Positions 1 through 11,700 of a stretch of 64,000 nt of DNA are shown piece after piece. The position numbers and the translations under genes are program-made. Source of the DNA: Bacteroidota bacterium (GTDB lineage: Bacteria; Bacteroidota; Ignavibacteria; Ignavibacteriales; Melioribacteraceae); NCBI GenBank assembly GCA_040755055.1, contig JBFMBS010000007.1:27444-91443 (forward strand), read 5' to 3'. Within the stretch, counting starts at the first letter, position 1. Every line of letters starts with the position of its first letter. The notes beneath the pieces were generated by a model. The model did no database searches, was not told where the DNA came from, and saw nothing but the letters and a program-made list of their open reading frames with translations.

Positions 1-956
1 CCGGTGGAATTATTAATTTTATTTTTGTTCTCGGATTATTATCCGCTGTTATCACTGAATATATAGGCATCCATGCAATTTTCGGAGCATTCATTATGGG
101 AATTGCAATTGGGGATTCCGTTCATTTAAAGGAGGATACAAGAGAAATAATTCAACAGTTTGTCACTAACATTTTTGCTCCAATTTTCTTTGTATCGATA
201 GGGTTGAAAATAAATTTCATCACAAATTTTGATCTGCTGCTTGTCATAATATTTTTATCACTATCTGTCGCTGGCAAAATGTTAGGCAGTTTATTGGGTG
301 CAAGGTTAGGAGGTATAAAAAAGGAAAATTCTATAATTATCGGCTTGGGCTTGAATGTTCATGGTGCAATTGAAATAATTTTAGGAACCATAGCACTACA
401 GAATAATTTGATTCAGGAAAGAGTATTTGTTGCACTCGTTATTATGGCACTGACCACATCAATCACAAGTGCACCGTTGATGAACTATTTTTTGAAGAGA
501 AGTAGAAAATTCTTGAGTTTTGTTAAACTTGTAAAATCTGAAAATGTATTTTTCACAAATGCTAAAACAAAGAGTGAAGTCATAAAAGAACTCTGCAATA
601 AAATTTCTATTTACCACAAACTCAGTAACGAAAAATTATTAGAGGAAGTGTTAACACGAGAGGAACTGATCTCTACCGGTTTGGAAAAACATCTTGCTAT
701 ACCTCATGCAAAAGTAAATATTCCTAACCCTTTGGTTGCAGTTGCAATTCATAAAGACGGTATAGAGTTTGATTCGCTTGACGGATTGCCGGCTAAACTA
801 ATAATCTTATTAATAACGCCTCAAAATGATCCTGAGCTACAATTGAAATTATTAGCAGAAATTTCCCGGATGTTGGGTGATAAAGAGAGGATTGATAAGT
901 TAATAAATTCTGGGAACGCGACTGAATTTGTGTCTAATCTCAATCAACTTTCTTAG
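1..956 (+). CDS. Cation:proton antiporter (Na+/H+ exchanger family), 3' part, fused to a C-terminal PTS EIIA type-2 (PtsN-like) domain; the 5' end is outside the window
   Basis: Frame 3 is open from the first bases of the window (..EYIGIHAIFGAFIMGIAIGD.., an exchanger-type TM segment), so the ATG at 96 is internal. The last ~150 aa carry an EIIA-2-like region around the His in LAIPHAKV. Confidence 0.7.
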   Translation, partial: GGIINFIFVLGLLSAVITEYIGIHAIFGAFIMGIAIGDSVHLKEDTREIIQQFVTNIFAPIFFVSIGLKINFITNFDLLLVIIFLSLSVAGKMLGSLLGARLGGIKKENSIIIGLGLNVHGAIEIILGTIALQNNLIQERVFVALVIMALTTSITSAPLMNYFLKRSRKFLSFVKLVKSENVFFTNAKTKSEVIKELCNKISIYHKLSNEKLLEEVLTREELISTGLEKHLAIPHAKVNIPNPLVAVAIHKDGIEFDSLDGLPAKLIILLITPQNDPELQLKLLAEISRMLGDKERIDKLINSGNATEFVSNLNQLS

Positions 957-958
957 TT

Positions 959-1756
959 TTGAATGAGCAAATAAGAAAAATTATGATTACAAGATTTGTT
1001 CGATTGATCGGTAAAAAAACGCTGGATTTTTTTCAGGAGAGTGGGCAAGTATTTCGTTTGCTGTGGGAAATCATCAAATATGCACCCTCATTAATTAAGA
1101 ATAGAAAAAATTTTGTTTACCAGATGGAACACATTGGCGTAAATTCCATTCCGCTTGTTTTGATAATTGCAATCTTCACCGGTGCAGTTGCTGCATGGCA
1201 AGCAGCTTATCAATTAAAAGGGATTGCACCGTTATCTTTTCTTGGTGCAGCAACCAGTAGGGCAATCATCACCGAATTAGGTCCCGTGCTCACCGCGATT
1301 GTAATTGCCGGAAGAGTAGGAGCTTCAATTGCAGCAGAACTCGGCTCGATGAAAGTTACGGAACAAATTGATGCTCTTGATACGATGGGTATTAGCCCGG
1401 TAAAATTTTTAGCAACACCGCGCTTCTTTGCTGCCATAACTATGATGCCGGTTTTGATTGTATTTGCCAATGCTGTTTCCATTACCGGCGCATATTTTAT
1501 TTCGAACATGTTTCTTGGTGTATCGTTCAATGTTTTTTTTGAATCGGTAAAAAGATATTTTATTCTAAACGACCTTTTCTTTGGTTTGGTAAAAGGTGTT
1601 TTTTTTGGCGGGGTTACTTCGTTGCTTGGTTGTCACATCGGTTTCAAAACCGAAGGCGGTGCCGAAGGTGTAGGATTCTCTACAATCAGATCTTTCGTTT
1701 TAAGCTCTGCAATGATTTTAATACTCGATTATATACTCTGGACTTTGATATTTTAG
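959..1756 (+). CDS. mlaE: MlaE/YrbE-family ABC transporter permease
   Basis: 265 aa and polytopic. Typical MlaE stretches: RAIITELGPVLTAIVIAGRVGASIAAELGSMKVTEQIDAL. TTG start in the ORF track. No mlaF or mlaD gene is adjacent. Confidence 0.8.
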   Translation: MNEQIRKIMITRFVRLIGKKTLDFFQESGQVFRLLWEIIKYAPSLIKNRKNFVYQMEHIGVNSIPLVLIIAIFTGAVAAWQAAYQLKGIAPLSFLGAATSRAIITELGPVLTAIVIAGRVGASIAAELGSMKVTEQIDALDTMGISPVKFLATPRFFAAITMMPVLIVFANAVSITGAYFISNMFLGVSFNVFFESVKRYFILNDLFFGLVKGVFFGGVTSLLGCHIGFKTEGGAEGVGFSTIRSFVLSSAMILILDYILWTLIF

Positions 1757-2173
1757 CCGGAATCGTTACTACTTTCTAAATCAAATCATAAAACAAATCT
1801 TGAGCTAAAATTTTTATAATTATTTTTTATGCAACTCGAATTTCTATTTCAAAAGTTATTTATTGAATAGGTATATTTTTTTAAGCTGATGACTGCTAAT
1901 CCTCTTATAATTTTAGTTAAGTATGATACTTTATTAAATTTTTATTGAACCAACCTGTACAGTTGGAAGGGAAATATCGCTTGCTTAAGAATTTATATGC
2001 TTCTATTTTGCACAGCAACAGATTACGATTTTTGCACTAAGTGATGTAATTGGTTTTGGGAATGGATGTAATAAATAGATACTCGTTTCCACATACGAAA
2101 AAAGAACTTTCAAGCAGTTTATTGATAAATTTCTGCACTAAAGTTTTTCCTTCTCTTCATTCCAATCAACTAA

Positions 2174-3568
<1,395 letters not shown>

Positions 3569-3578
3569 AATTCTGAGT

Positions 3579-3596
3579 CCCCGACTTTAGTCGGGG
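3579..3596 (+). terminator. GC-rich hairpin downstream of gdhA (CCCCGAC-TTTA-GTCGGGG)
   Basis: 7-bp perfect stem 11 nt after the gdhA stop. No clear U-tract follows, so terminator function is inferred from position only. Confidence 0.35.
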
Positions 3597-3646
3597 CGAA
3601 GAATCTCTAGCTCATAATCTGTAATAATATAATTTATCATTCATAT

Positions 3647-3675
3647 AGTAGAGACGTTCACGGAACGTCTCTACT
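3647..3675. repeat. GTAGAGACG...CGTCTCTAC palindromic repeat (intergenic copy)
   Basis: agtagagacgttcacggaacgtctctact lies between the convergent gdhA and CocE/NonD genes and is followed by ttttta. It could act as a bidirectional terminator. Same family as 25149-25176, 25873-25897 and the two in-CDS copies. Confidence 0.7.
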
Positions 3676-3691
3676 TTTTATCAAACACAAA

Positions 3692-5659
3692 TTACTTCAT
3701 TAGAATAAATTTCTTCACATCGGAAAAAGTACCGGCTTGTAATCTGTAAAAATATACGCCGCTTGGTAAAGACGTTCCATGGAACGTCTCTACATTAAAT
3801 TCCACCTTATATTTTCCCGGCTGCTTGTATTCATTGACCAGTGTTGCGGCCTCTCTGCCAAGTAGATCATAAACTTTTAGAGTTACAACCCCTCCCATAT
3901 CCCTCCCCTTAGTAAGGTGAGAGACAGAGGGTAGGGTAGGTATTGTATACTCTATTGTTGTTGTTGGGTTGAACGGATTTGGATAATTTTGGGATAACTG
4001 AAATCCGTATGGTATTGTTTGATCGGGTAATTTTATATCCGTTCCAGGCGAAGTCTTCCATGTAATATTTGATGCATATTCGCTTGAAAAATAAACGATA
4101 TTGTTAGCAACAAGTGTATCTCCCATTATATACATTGGACCACCGTTGTTCAAATTGATATCGAACATTGGGTAATTGGATGAGCTAATAATTAATCTTA
4201 GTTTATGCTGGGGCAGAATTTTAATAGCGAGATCACATAATTCGACAGTAACTTTATAAATTTGTCCCGGGGTTATTAATTCAGGGTCCGAATATGAATT
4301 CCGGAAACGCATTCTTTTAATTCCCTGGGTAATCAGCATTGATCTTCCGTCCGGGTAAACATCGCATAATCTTACACTAAAATCGGTATCGGTTCTATTG
4401 GACGAAACATATAAATTAATTGCAACCGGTCCGAGGATTTCAATAGGAGAAGTTAATTCCTCCGTTGAAAAGATCAATACATCGTTTCTGCTCTCAACGT
4501 AAAATCTTTGATCACGGGGACCTAAAAGAATAGTGGGATTAAACGGATTGAAACGGGAACCCCCGAATGTAGGGGACGGATTTTTAGGATCGTAAATGTA
4601 GCCATGCGATGATGCACCGCTATAAATTTCCTTCCGTAAAAAGCCATCAGGGTACAGATAAAAGTACATTTCACTTATACCAACGTCAGTCCAAGTAGAA
4701 GCATTTTCCCAAACATTGCTCCCCATTACAAAATACCGAACTGCTGGAATCAATTCATAACCATTGGTTTTGCCTCTCAAATAAAAATCAAAAAATTGTG
4801 ACGCCGCCGTATCGGTAATTCCAACAGCTTCGGGAAATTCCAAACCGCCTTGTTGTTCCGCACCTATTTCTCCATGAAGCCATGGCCCAACAATTAATTT
4901 ATGTTTATTTCTAACTGCCTGGTCGCTTTTCGTTACAATATCGTTGTAAGCTCTAATTACATCGGTAGGATAATGATCAAACCACCCGGTTACCATCAAC
5001 ATCGGGACTGCAATTTGATCTGGATAATTATTTGCAGATTCGGTCAAATCCCAAAAATCATCTTGTGCTGGATGCGCTGTAATTAAATCCATATCGATAA
5101 AACGAAGTCTTTCAATCGATTCGACATGTTCTTTTCTTAAAACTCCGCCATAATAAAAGTCTGAATATTTGGTTTTAAAATCTTTTATCATTGGCATTGC
5201 ACAAACAAGATGCGGCGGTTTGTGCCGGGCAGTTTGAAATTGTATTAACCCAAGTGCCGAGCCGCCGAATGTTCCAACTTTATCGTTACACCATGCTTGC
5301 TGTGCAATCCATTCTATGCAATCGTAGCCGTCAAGCCCACGGTCGTAAAACGGTACGGCTGCGGAGTCGGAACCGTAAAAGCCCCGCCAATCGACTACAA
5401 CATAATTATAGTGTTCCAAGTTAAACGGCATAGGAGCTGCGCTTGATGGAAAACCGGTTCTATAAGAATTTTTATTGTACGGGGTTTGAATCAATATTAC
5501 CGGTTTGGGAAAATTTAAATCGAGTGTATAAAGATCCGCAGCAAGCTCTTTCCCATCGCGTGTAGGAATTAAAATTTTGTAATAATCTATTTGTGAATAA
5601 ATGGAAAGCGGCAGCAAAAGAAATAATAAGACAACGGAAGCGAGCTTAATATGTTTCAT
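3692..5659 (-). CDS. CocE/NonD-family (X-Pro dipeptidyl-peptidase S15-like) serine hydrolase with T9SS C-terminal sorting domain
   Basis: IPTRDGKELAADLY..PVILIQTPYNK..VVVDWRGFYGS..DGYDCIEWIAQQAWCNDKVGTFGGSALG fits the CocE/NonD fold with a GxSxG nucleophile. The C-terminus has QNYPNPFNPTTTIEY...GVYFYRLQAG. The start was moved to MKHIKLASVVLLFLLL (signal peptide) rather than the ORF-track ATG at 5701. Confidence 0.75.
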   Translation of the reverse strand: MKHIKLASVVLLFLLLPLSIYSQIDYYKILIPTRDGKELAADLYTLDLNFPKPVILIQTPYNKNSYRTGFPSSAAPMPFNLEHYNYVVVDWRGFYGSDSAAVPFYDRGLDGYDCIEWIAQQAWCNDKVGTFGGSALGLIQFQTARHKPPHLVCAMPMIKDFKTKYSDFYYGGVLRKEHVESIERLRFIDMDLITAHPAQDDFWDLTESANNYPDQIAVPMLMVTGWFDHYPTDVIRAYNDIVTKSDQAVRNKHKLIVGPWLHGEIGAEQQGGLEFPEAVGITDTAASQFFDFYLRGKTNGYELIPAVRYFVMGSNVWENASTWTDVGISEMYFYLYPDGFLRKEIYSGASSHGYIYDPKNPSPTFGGSRFNPFNPTILLGPRDQRFYVESRNDVLIFSTEELTSPIEILGPVAINLYVSSNRTDTDFSVRLCDVYPDGRSMLITQGIKRMRFRNSYSDPELITPGQIYKVTVELCDLAIKILPQHKLRLIISSSNYPMFDINLNNGGPMYIMGDTLVANNIVYFSSEYASNITWKTSPGTDIKLPDQTIPYGFQLSQNYPNPFNPTTTIEYTIPTLPSVSHLTKGRDMGGVVTLKVYDLLGREAATLVNEYKQPGKYKVEFNVETFHGTSLPSGVYFYRLQAGTFSDVKKFILMK

Positions 5660-5904
5660 TTTATTATCGTTGAAATACAAAAAGAGTCTCATTGCCGGCA
5701 AATATATATAATTTGAAATTGACTCAATAGTTTTTTGTCTTGACGCCAGTCAATCCGCACCGTCTATGATTTCACTTCCAATAAAGTAATGGCACTGCTT
5801 CAATAGGTTAATTCAAAAAAACATATGGTTGGATGCACAAAAGCACAAAAAACGACACGAACGAAAGCAATCAAATATTGCAGTTGTAAAAAAAGTATGT
5901 GAGG

Positions 5905-5967
5905 TAAAACAAAAACCCGGCTCATTTCGAAACTGCTCCAAGTCATCGAAGGCGAAGTAAGCCGGGT
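5905..5967 (-). terminator. Probable intrinsic terminator of the LamG/phosphoesterase gene
   Basis: On the minus strand, ACCCGGCT ... AGCCGGGT forms an 8-bp outer stem with inner TTCGA/TCGAA pairing, followed by TTTTTGTTTT. It lies 26 nt after the stop at 5993. Confidence 0.5.
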
Positions 5968-5992
5968 CCAACCGACAGTCCTAATTCTAAAT

Positions 5993-8575
5993 TTATTTAA
6001 TTAGAACAAATTTCTTTGTATCGGTAAACGAACCGGCTTGTAATCTGTAAAAATATACGCCGCTTGGTAAAGACGTTCCATGGAACGTCTCTACATTAAA
6101 TTCCACCTTATATTTTCCCGGCTGCTTGTATTCATTGACCAGTGTTGCTACTTCTTTGCCAAGAACGTTGTAAACTTTTAAAGTTACAACCCCTCCCATA
6201 TTCCTCCCCTTACTAAGGGGAGGGACAGAGTGTGGGGTCGGTATTGTGTACTCTATTGTTGTTGCTGGATTAAATGGATTGGGATAATTCTGAGATAAAC
6301 TATAAGTAGTTGGTATATCAAGAGTGTTCGCTAAATAAGTAGTTATATTAAATGAAGTCGCATTAGACCATTCACTCCATTTGAGATTATGATCGCGGTA
6401 TTTAACTCTGTAAAAGTATGGAGTGTTCTTTTTAAACCTTGAATTGTTAAATGATAATTTTGTAAGATTGATCCCGTTATTTTTATCGATCGGGTTGAAC
6501 CCGGCATCTACCTGGTAAATATTTTCCCAATGAATCATTGTGTCGATAGCTGTTACGTTGAATTCTGAATTTTCGGAAATTTGGATTCTAACGGTCATCA
6601 ATGAATCATTTGATATCGGGGATGTATTAAAAGTAATCTGGCTTTCATTAATAGTAGGAATATCAGTAACCGGTTGTGCCGGTACCGGTTGATTAATTTT
6701 TATATACCAGCTATCCATAACCTCGTTATCCCTTGCTCTGCTTGTGTTACCTAAACTATACATTTTAGATTCGAAAGTTTTATTCGCAACATCAATTTCA
6801 ATAACCTGGTAGAAAAAATGATCGAGTGTTATATGAATATTGGAAAAATCCTGGTTCTGGTAAGCACCCCAGCGATCGATTGCGCCGCCGCCTCCACCGC
6901 CGCAAACAATTCTGAAATCTCCGCGTAATTCCGGTTTATCTGATTCTATTGTTCCTCTCTCAAAACCGTGTGTATGTCCGTATGAATACTGAATAACTTT
7001 TGAATATTTTTTTAGCAGAGGAAAAACCTGGTTCTTAATGTAAGACGGACCGCCATCATAAGTTATTCCTTCACCCCAGAGCTCTGTTATTGAGAAATGA
7101 TGACCAATAAGAAAAACAAAATCGATGCGAGGATTATTCTCTGCTTCATTGAGTTTTTGTTCAAGCCAAGTGTTTTGTAAAGTTTGAGATGCACCGGTTA
7201 GGTTTGTGTTCAGACCAATAATCATTGTATTTGCTATGACGGTTGACCAAAATTTCTCGGCAAATCCGTTTGGCGGAGGATAACCGGAAATATTATCGTA
7301 ATGCATGTACTTATAATAGTTTTGGTGTTCGCCTTCGTGATTGCCGGTCACGGTTAGAAATGGTATGTAAGGTGATAAGTGAGACATCGGTGCAAAATAT
7401 AATTTTGTCCACTCTGCAATTGAACTGCCGGTCACAACTAAATCGCCGGAATGTAATACCAAATTAACTTGATTGTGTATATCGTTGCCATAAATCTGCT
7501 GAATAGTTTTCTTTGATTCTTTAATTACCTTGACTGACTTTGTGGTGTCGCCGTTATGAGTATCGCTGAAGAGCAAAATTCTAATTTTGCCGTTATAATT
7601 TGAATCGGGAAAAGTCTTAAAATTATATATTGGTGAATTACCGGTTCCGCTGACTATTTTATAATAATATTCCTGGTTTGGCTGAAGACCGGTTAATTCA
7701 ACAGTGTGCCATCTATGCAAACCGAAAACAATTTCACTTGTGCCGGAAGCACTTTCTCCTAAAGAGGAAGTAGTACCGTAATCGACCCTTGTTAGGGTTG
7801 CAAGTGTATCGTGCCAGCAAACTATCATTGATGTTGCCGACGGGTTTTGCAAATAGGGGACTAAAAGTAATTGTGTTGAACCTTGTCCGGTGATTTGGTG
7901 ACCGTAACCTCCCAGATTTTTTATCTCTGTATTATCGAGCGGATAATTCCAGATAGCAATTTCTGCACAATCTATCTCACCGTCTTCGCTGTTATCATCT
8001 GCAAATAATAATAATTTACTCTCAAGAGAAAATCTTCCATCTATGGTTTGTGTATTGCCGGTTAATAATAAGTTGCCATCTAAAAAGTATTTGTATTGGA
8101 TCCCATTTTTTACAGAAATAACCAATCGATACCATTCATTTGGTTTAACCGAATAAGAAGAATACCCGGTAGCTGCAACACCTATGTTTCCACTTGGATT
8201 TATAAAACATTCACCGTCATTAGAATTTGTTAAGTTAGTTTGGAAGAAAGTGTACCAGGGTCCTAAAGTCTTAACTTTAAAATCGATCTGTATGGTGAAT
8301 TCATTTACGAATGTACCACCGCCGTTTGGAGAAATACCATGTGTGAGCGAATAAAAACTCCCAACACCGATAGTTATCGCGCCATTCTCGGCAGTAGGTC
8401 CGCTTGTTTCTTGATGGGTACCGATTAATTGTAGGTCTGTTCCGGTCTCTGCTTTAAGTAGGTTTGTGCTATCGTCAAATTTCCATAAACCGGTCTGTGC
8501 GTGTGCTTGTGCGAATAAATAAGATTGCCCGAATGTTATAGCAATAAATAAAATGATGTTGATAAGTTTTTTCAT
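5993..8575 (-). CDS. Secreted LamG-like module + purple-acid-phosphatase-like metallophosphoesterase + T9SS sorting domain
   Basis: Signal peptide MKKLINIILFIAITFG. The N-terminal module WKFDD...NDGECFINP...EIDCAE...LGGYGH is paralogous to the three modules of 12769-15009. Calcineurin-like motifs are present: LLFSDTHNG, SGDLVVTG, VTGNHE, IGHHF, GHTHGFE. Ends in a QNYPNPFNP sorting tail. The start was moved to 8575 because the 57 upstream codons of the ORF track lack signal-peptide character. Confidence 0.75.
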   Translation of the reverse strand: MKKLINIILFIAITFGQSYLFAQAHAQTGLWKFDDSTNLLKAETGTDLQLIGTHQETSGPTAENGAITIGVGSFYSLTHGISPNGGGTFVNEFTIQIDFKVKTLGPWYTFFQTNLTNSNDGECFINPSGNIGVAATGYSSYSVKPNEWYRLVISVKNGIQYKYFLDGNLLLTGNTQTIDGRFSLESKLLLFADDNSEDGEIDCAEIAIWNYPLDNTEIKNLGGYGHQITGQGSTQLLLVPYLQNPSATSMIVCWHDTLATLTRVDYGTTSSLGESASGTSEIVFGLHRWHTVELTGLQPNQEYYYKIVSGTGNSPIYNFKTFPDSNYNGKIRILLFSDTHNGDTTKSVKVIKESKKTIQQIYGNDIHNQVNLVLHSGDLVVTGSSIAEWTKLYFAPMSHLSPYIPFLTVTGNHEGEHQNYYKYMHYDNISGYPPPNGFAEKFWSTVIANTMIIGLNTNLTGASQTLQNTWLEQKLNEAENNPRIDFVFLIGHHFSITELWGEGITYDGGPSYIKNQVFPLLKKYSKVIQYSYGHTHGFERGTIESDKPELRGDFRIVCGGGGGGAIDRWGAYQNQDFSNIHITLDHFFYQVIEIDVANKTFESKMYSLGNTSRARDNEVMDSWYIKINQPVPAQPVTDIPTINESQITFNTSPISNDSLMTVRIQISENSEFNVTAIDTMIHWENIYQVDAGFNPIDKNNGINLTKLSFNNSRFKKNTPYFYRVKYRDHNLKWSEWSNATSFNITTYLANTLDIPTTYSLSQNYPNPFNPATTIEYTIPTPHSVPPLSKGRNMGGVVTLKVYNVLGKEVATLVNEYKQPGKYKVEFNVETFHGTSLPSGVYFYRLQAGSFTDTKKFVLIK

Positions 8576-8653
8576 AATGTTCCCGGAAGTATTACTGTTA
8601 ATAGTCAATTTTGATTTTATCATTGAAAAAGTAATTTGTAACGATGGGCAAAA

Positions 8654-8677
8654 CAATAGCACGTTTGTGGTATTTGA
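8654..8677 (-). promoter_or_regulatory. Conserved near-palindromic box (copy 1) upstream of the LamG/phosphoesterase gene
   Basis: The plus strand reads caatagcacgtttgtggtatttga, about 80 nt upstream of the start at 8575. In gene orientation the box is followed directly by TTGTTT, 17 nt, then TACTTT. Confidence 0.45.
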
Positions 8678-8749
8678 ATCTTGACGGGTGTAAATGCTTC
8701 TAATGGAAAAAACAAGTGGGGTAGTTATACCCCACTTTAGAATCAATTG

Positions 8750-11700
8750 TTATTTAATCAGAACAAATTTCTTTGTATCGATGAATGAGCCAGCTTTTAA
8801 TCTGTAAAAGTAAACTCCGCTTGAAAGGTTGCTTCCGTTAAATTTAACTTCATATTTGCCCGGTGTCTTTACTTCGTTAATTAATGTAGAAACCTCTCTC
8901 CCGAGTATATCATAGATTGTTAGTTGAACATTGCCGATTTCTGCAATATGATAATTTATTGTTGTAGTAGGATTAAATGGATTGGGATAATTCTGTAACA
9001 GTGCAAATCTAAGCGGAATTAGTTCGGTTCCATTTTCTTCAACACTAACTATATCCCTAATTGCAGCAGTTTTTATCTTCTCATAGTTCTCTACAATTTC
9101 TTCGGCACTTAATGCTCTGTTGAATATCTGGAGATTATCCATAGAACCTTTAAAATATGAAGGAGAATTTTTTGCACTTCTTCCGAGCCATGCTTCTTGT
9201 CCTGGTTTTACATCACCGGTTAAATTATGAGAATCTTTTAAAACACCATTTAAATAAACCATGGCTTTTGTACCATCGTACACGCCGACAACATTTATCC
9301 ATTGCCCGGTTATCAAATCGGTTTCAGGAATTCCCGGTCTTTCTGCGCCGGCGGTTGTGGATACTTTGAACCTCAACTCTTTATTCCCTTTGTCCGCATA
9401 TATAACATATTGATCACCGTCCGAATCGAACAACGGTCCGAATGAACCCGGCATTTCAGCCGGCAAATAATTTAAATTTACCCACAAAGAAACAGTTACT
9501 GCACTGCCGCCAATATCAAAAGAAGTAGAAATAGGGAATTGAACATAATCATCTACTCCATCGAACTGTAGTGCATTGCCGAGCAATCCTTCCGAAAGCA
9601 CCGTCCCATTTCGCAATGTTCCGTTATTTGCATTTGCTGTATAGTCGGTTAAAACACTATCGCTCTGGATACTATCCATACTGTAATAAGCGATAATATT
9701 TTCGGGCAAGTTTTTATGAGTGAATTTTACAGTATCCGGCAACATAGTATTTGATGCACTCGCTCTGTCTTTTACATTCTTAACGATTAATGTGTAAGTA
9801 TTCTCAGATAGAACTGATGTTGTTAGTATTACCGATTTCTGGTCTAAAGCCAACTCTGCATCTGATACGGTAGCATTATCAAGTGTATAATTAGCAATTG
9901 TCTCGCTGGTAGTTTGATCAACTTTTTCGTTAAACTCAACAACAAGTTTAGTTGTTTCTGCCCTGGAGGTTGTATTTAATATTTCAGGTTTGAAGAGATC
10001 CTGACCGGTAGCTGCGTTTAATTCATTGCTGAAATTTGCACTTAACAATGCAGAAGAATTTTTTGCCTTAATTCTATAGTAATAGGTTTTGTTTTCTTCG
10101 GTATCGGTATCGATAAATTCCAACACGTTTGCTGCGGTAGCATGTAAAGTTGTGGGTTCGGTTTGGGTATCCCGATAAATTTCATATCCAACAACAGTTG
10201 ATTCATAATTTACAACCGGCTGCCATTGTAATTTAATATACTGATCATCTAACTGGGCTGACGTAAATACTACATCTGTTGGTCTTGGATCTACCGGTGC
10301 AAGCTTTGTTGAATTATATAAATCCTCAACTTCTTCCCGGCTTAGAGCTGTATTCAATATCAGAACATTATCAATGCTGCCCTGGAAATAACTTGGAGAA
10401 CTTGTTGAACTACGACCAAGCCATGCAACTTGCCCGGTTTTGACCGTCCCGGTTAATTGATGTGAATCTTGCAGAACTCCGTTTAGATAAATTTTAGCAT
10501 AAGTTCCATCATAAACACCAACAATATGAATCCATTCATCAGCTGTAAGATTGCCGCCCGGTATTCCGGGTCTTTCGGCTGAAGATGATGTTGATACTTT
10601 AAACCTGAGTTCGTTGTTACCTTTATCTTCATAAAGAACATACTGATCGCTGTTTGAATCAAAGAGAGGACCGTATGCGCCGGGTAGATCAGCCGGCAAA
10701 TATTCTAACTTGGTCCAAAGGGAAACTGTTACTGCACTGCCGTTAATATCGAATGATGGTGAACTTGGGAATTCAACATAATCATCAACACCGTCGAATA
10801 GTAAAGCGTTGCCTAAGAAACCTTCAGAAAGCGTCGGCCCATTTTTTAGAACGCCGTTATTTTGGTTTGTGGATGCATCTGCTAAAACACTGTCTTGGGT
10901 AATTGCATCGATGCTGTAATAAGCCACCGTGCTTGCCGGCAAACTATTATGAATAAATATTGCTGTTGTAGTAACCATTGTATTTGGTGCAGCGGCTTTA
11001 TCTTTAACATTCTTAACAGTCAATTTATACGAATCTGCTGCCAATGCCGATGTGGTAAGGATAACCGACTTTTGATCTAATGCAAGCAGCGCTGATTCCA
11101 CAGTAACGGATTTATTGATTGTGTAATTATTTTTTGTCTCGGCAGTAGTTTGATCGACTCTCTCGCTAAATTCGACAACAATTTTATTATCCTCAGCGTT
11201 CGATGTTACATTTGTTAATGATGGTTTGGTAACGTCGGTTGTAGTAGCAGCAGAAACTTCATTACTGAAATTTGCGCTTAATAAACCGGCACCGTTAATT
11301 GCTTTAATTCTGTAATAATATGTCTGTGTCTCAGTGTAGGTTTCATCTGTAAATTCGGTTGTGTCACCAACAGTAGCAAGTAAAGTTGTTGGAGAAGGAG
11401 TAACATCACGGTAGATATTATAACCGGTTATATCACTTTCAGCATCGGATGCGGCTTGCCAGGTTAAAGCAATTTTTGTTTCTGATGGAGTAGCAGATGA
11501 TAATACAACATCGGATGGCGGTGTTGTGTCCGATACGATTTGCAGAGTCAACGGATTATCCGTAGTAATACCATCAACACCTAATTGCGATAAAGAAATC
11601 ATTTGCGAAGCGCTGTTAATAGTCCAGCTATTGAACTTCACATTTTTTGAGTGGGCATAATTCAAGAAATCGGTTGTAACTGTTCCACCGCTTCCGATCC

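Noticed and set aside
1964-1984. Sigma-54-like string tggaagggaaatatcgcttgc upstream of gdhA
   Set aside because: The GG-to-GC spacing does not fit the -24/-12 rule (it is off by at least one nucleotide in every register), and the flanking consensus bases are missing.
5853-5872. A possible fifth copy of the two-component box upstream of the CocE/NonD gene (cgacacgaacgaaagcaatc)
   Set aside because: Only the CACGAACG half is conserved and the second half-site is lost. It lies about 195 nt from the start codon with no adjacent -35/-10-like hexamers. It is too weak to call.
8576-8746. The N-terminal 57 codons of the ORF-track version of the LamG/phosphoesterase gene (MILKWGITTPLVF...)
   Set aside because: There is no signal peptide at that start. 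A textbook signal peptide begins at the internal Met (MKKLINIILFIAITFG, start 8575). The extension would also run over the conserved box and the promoter-like hexamers.
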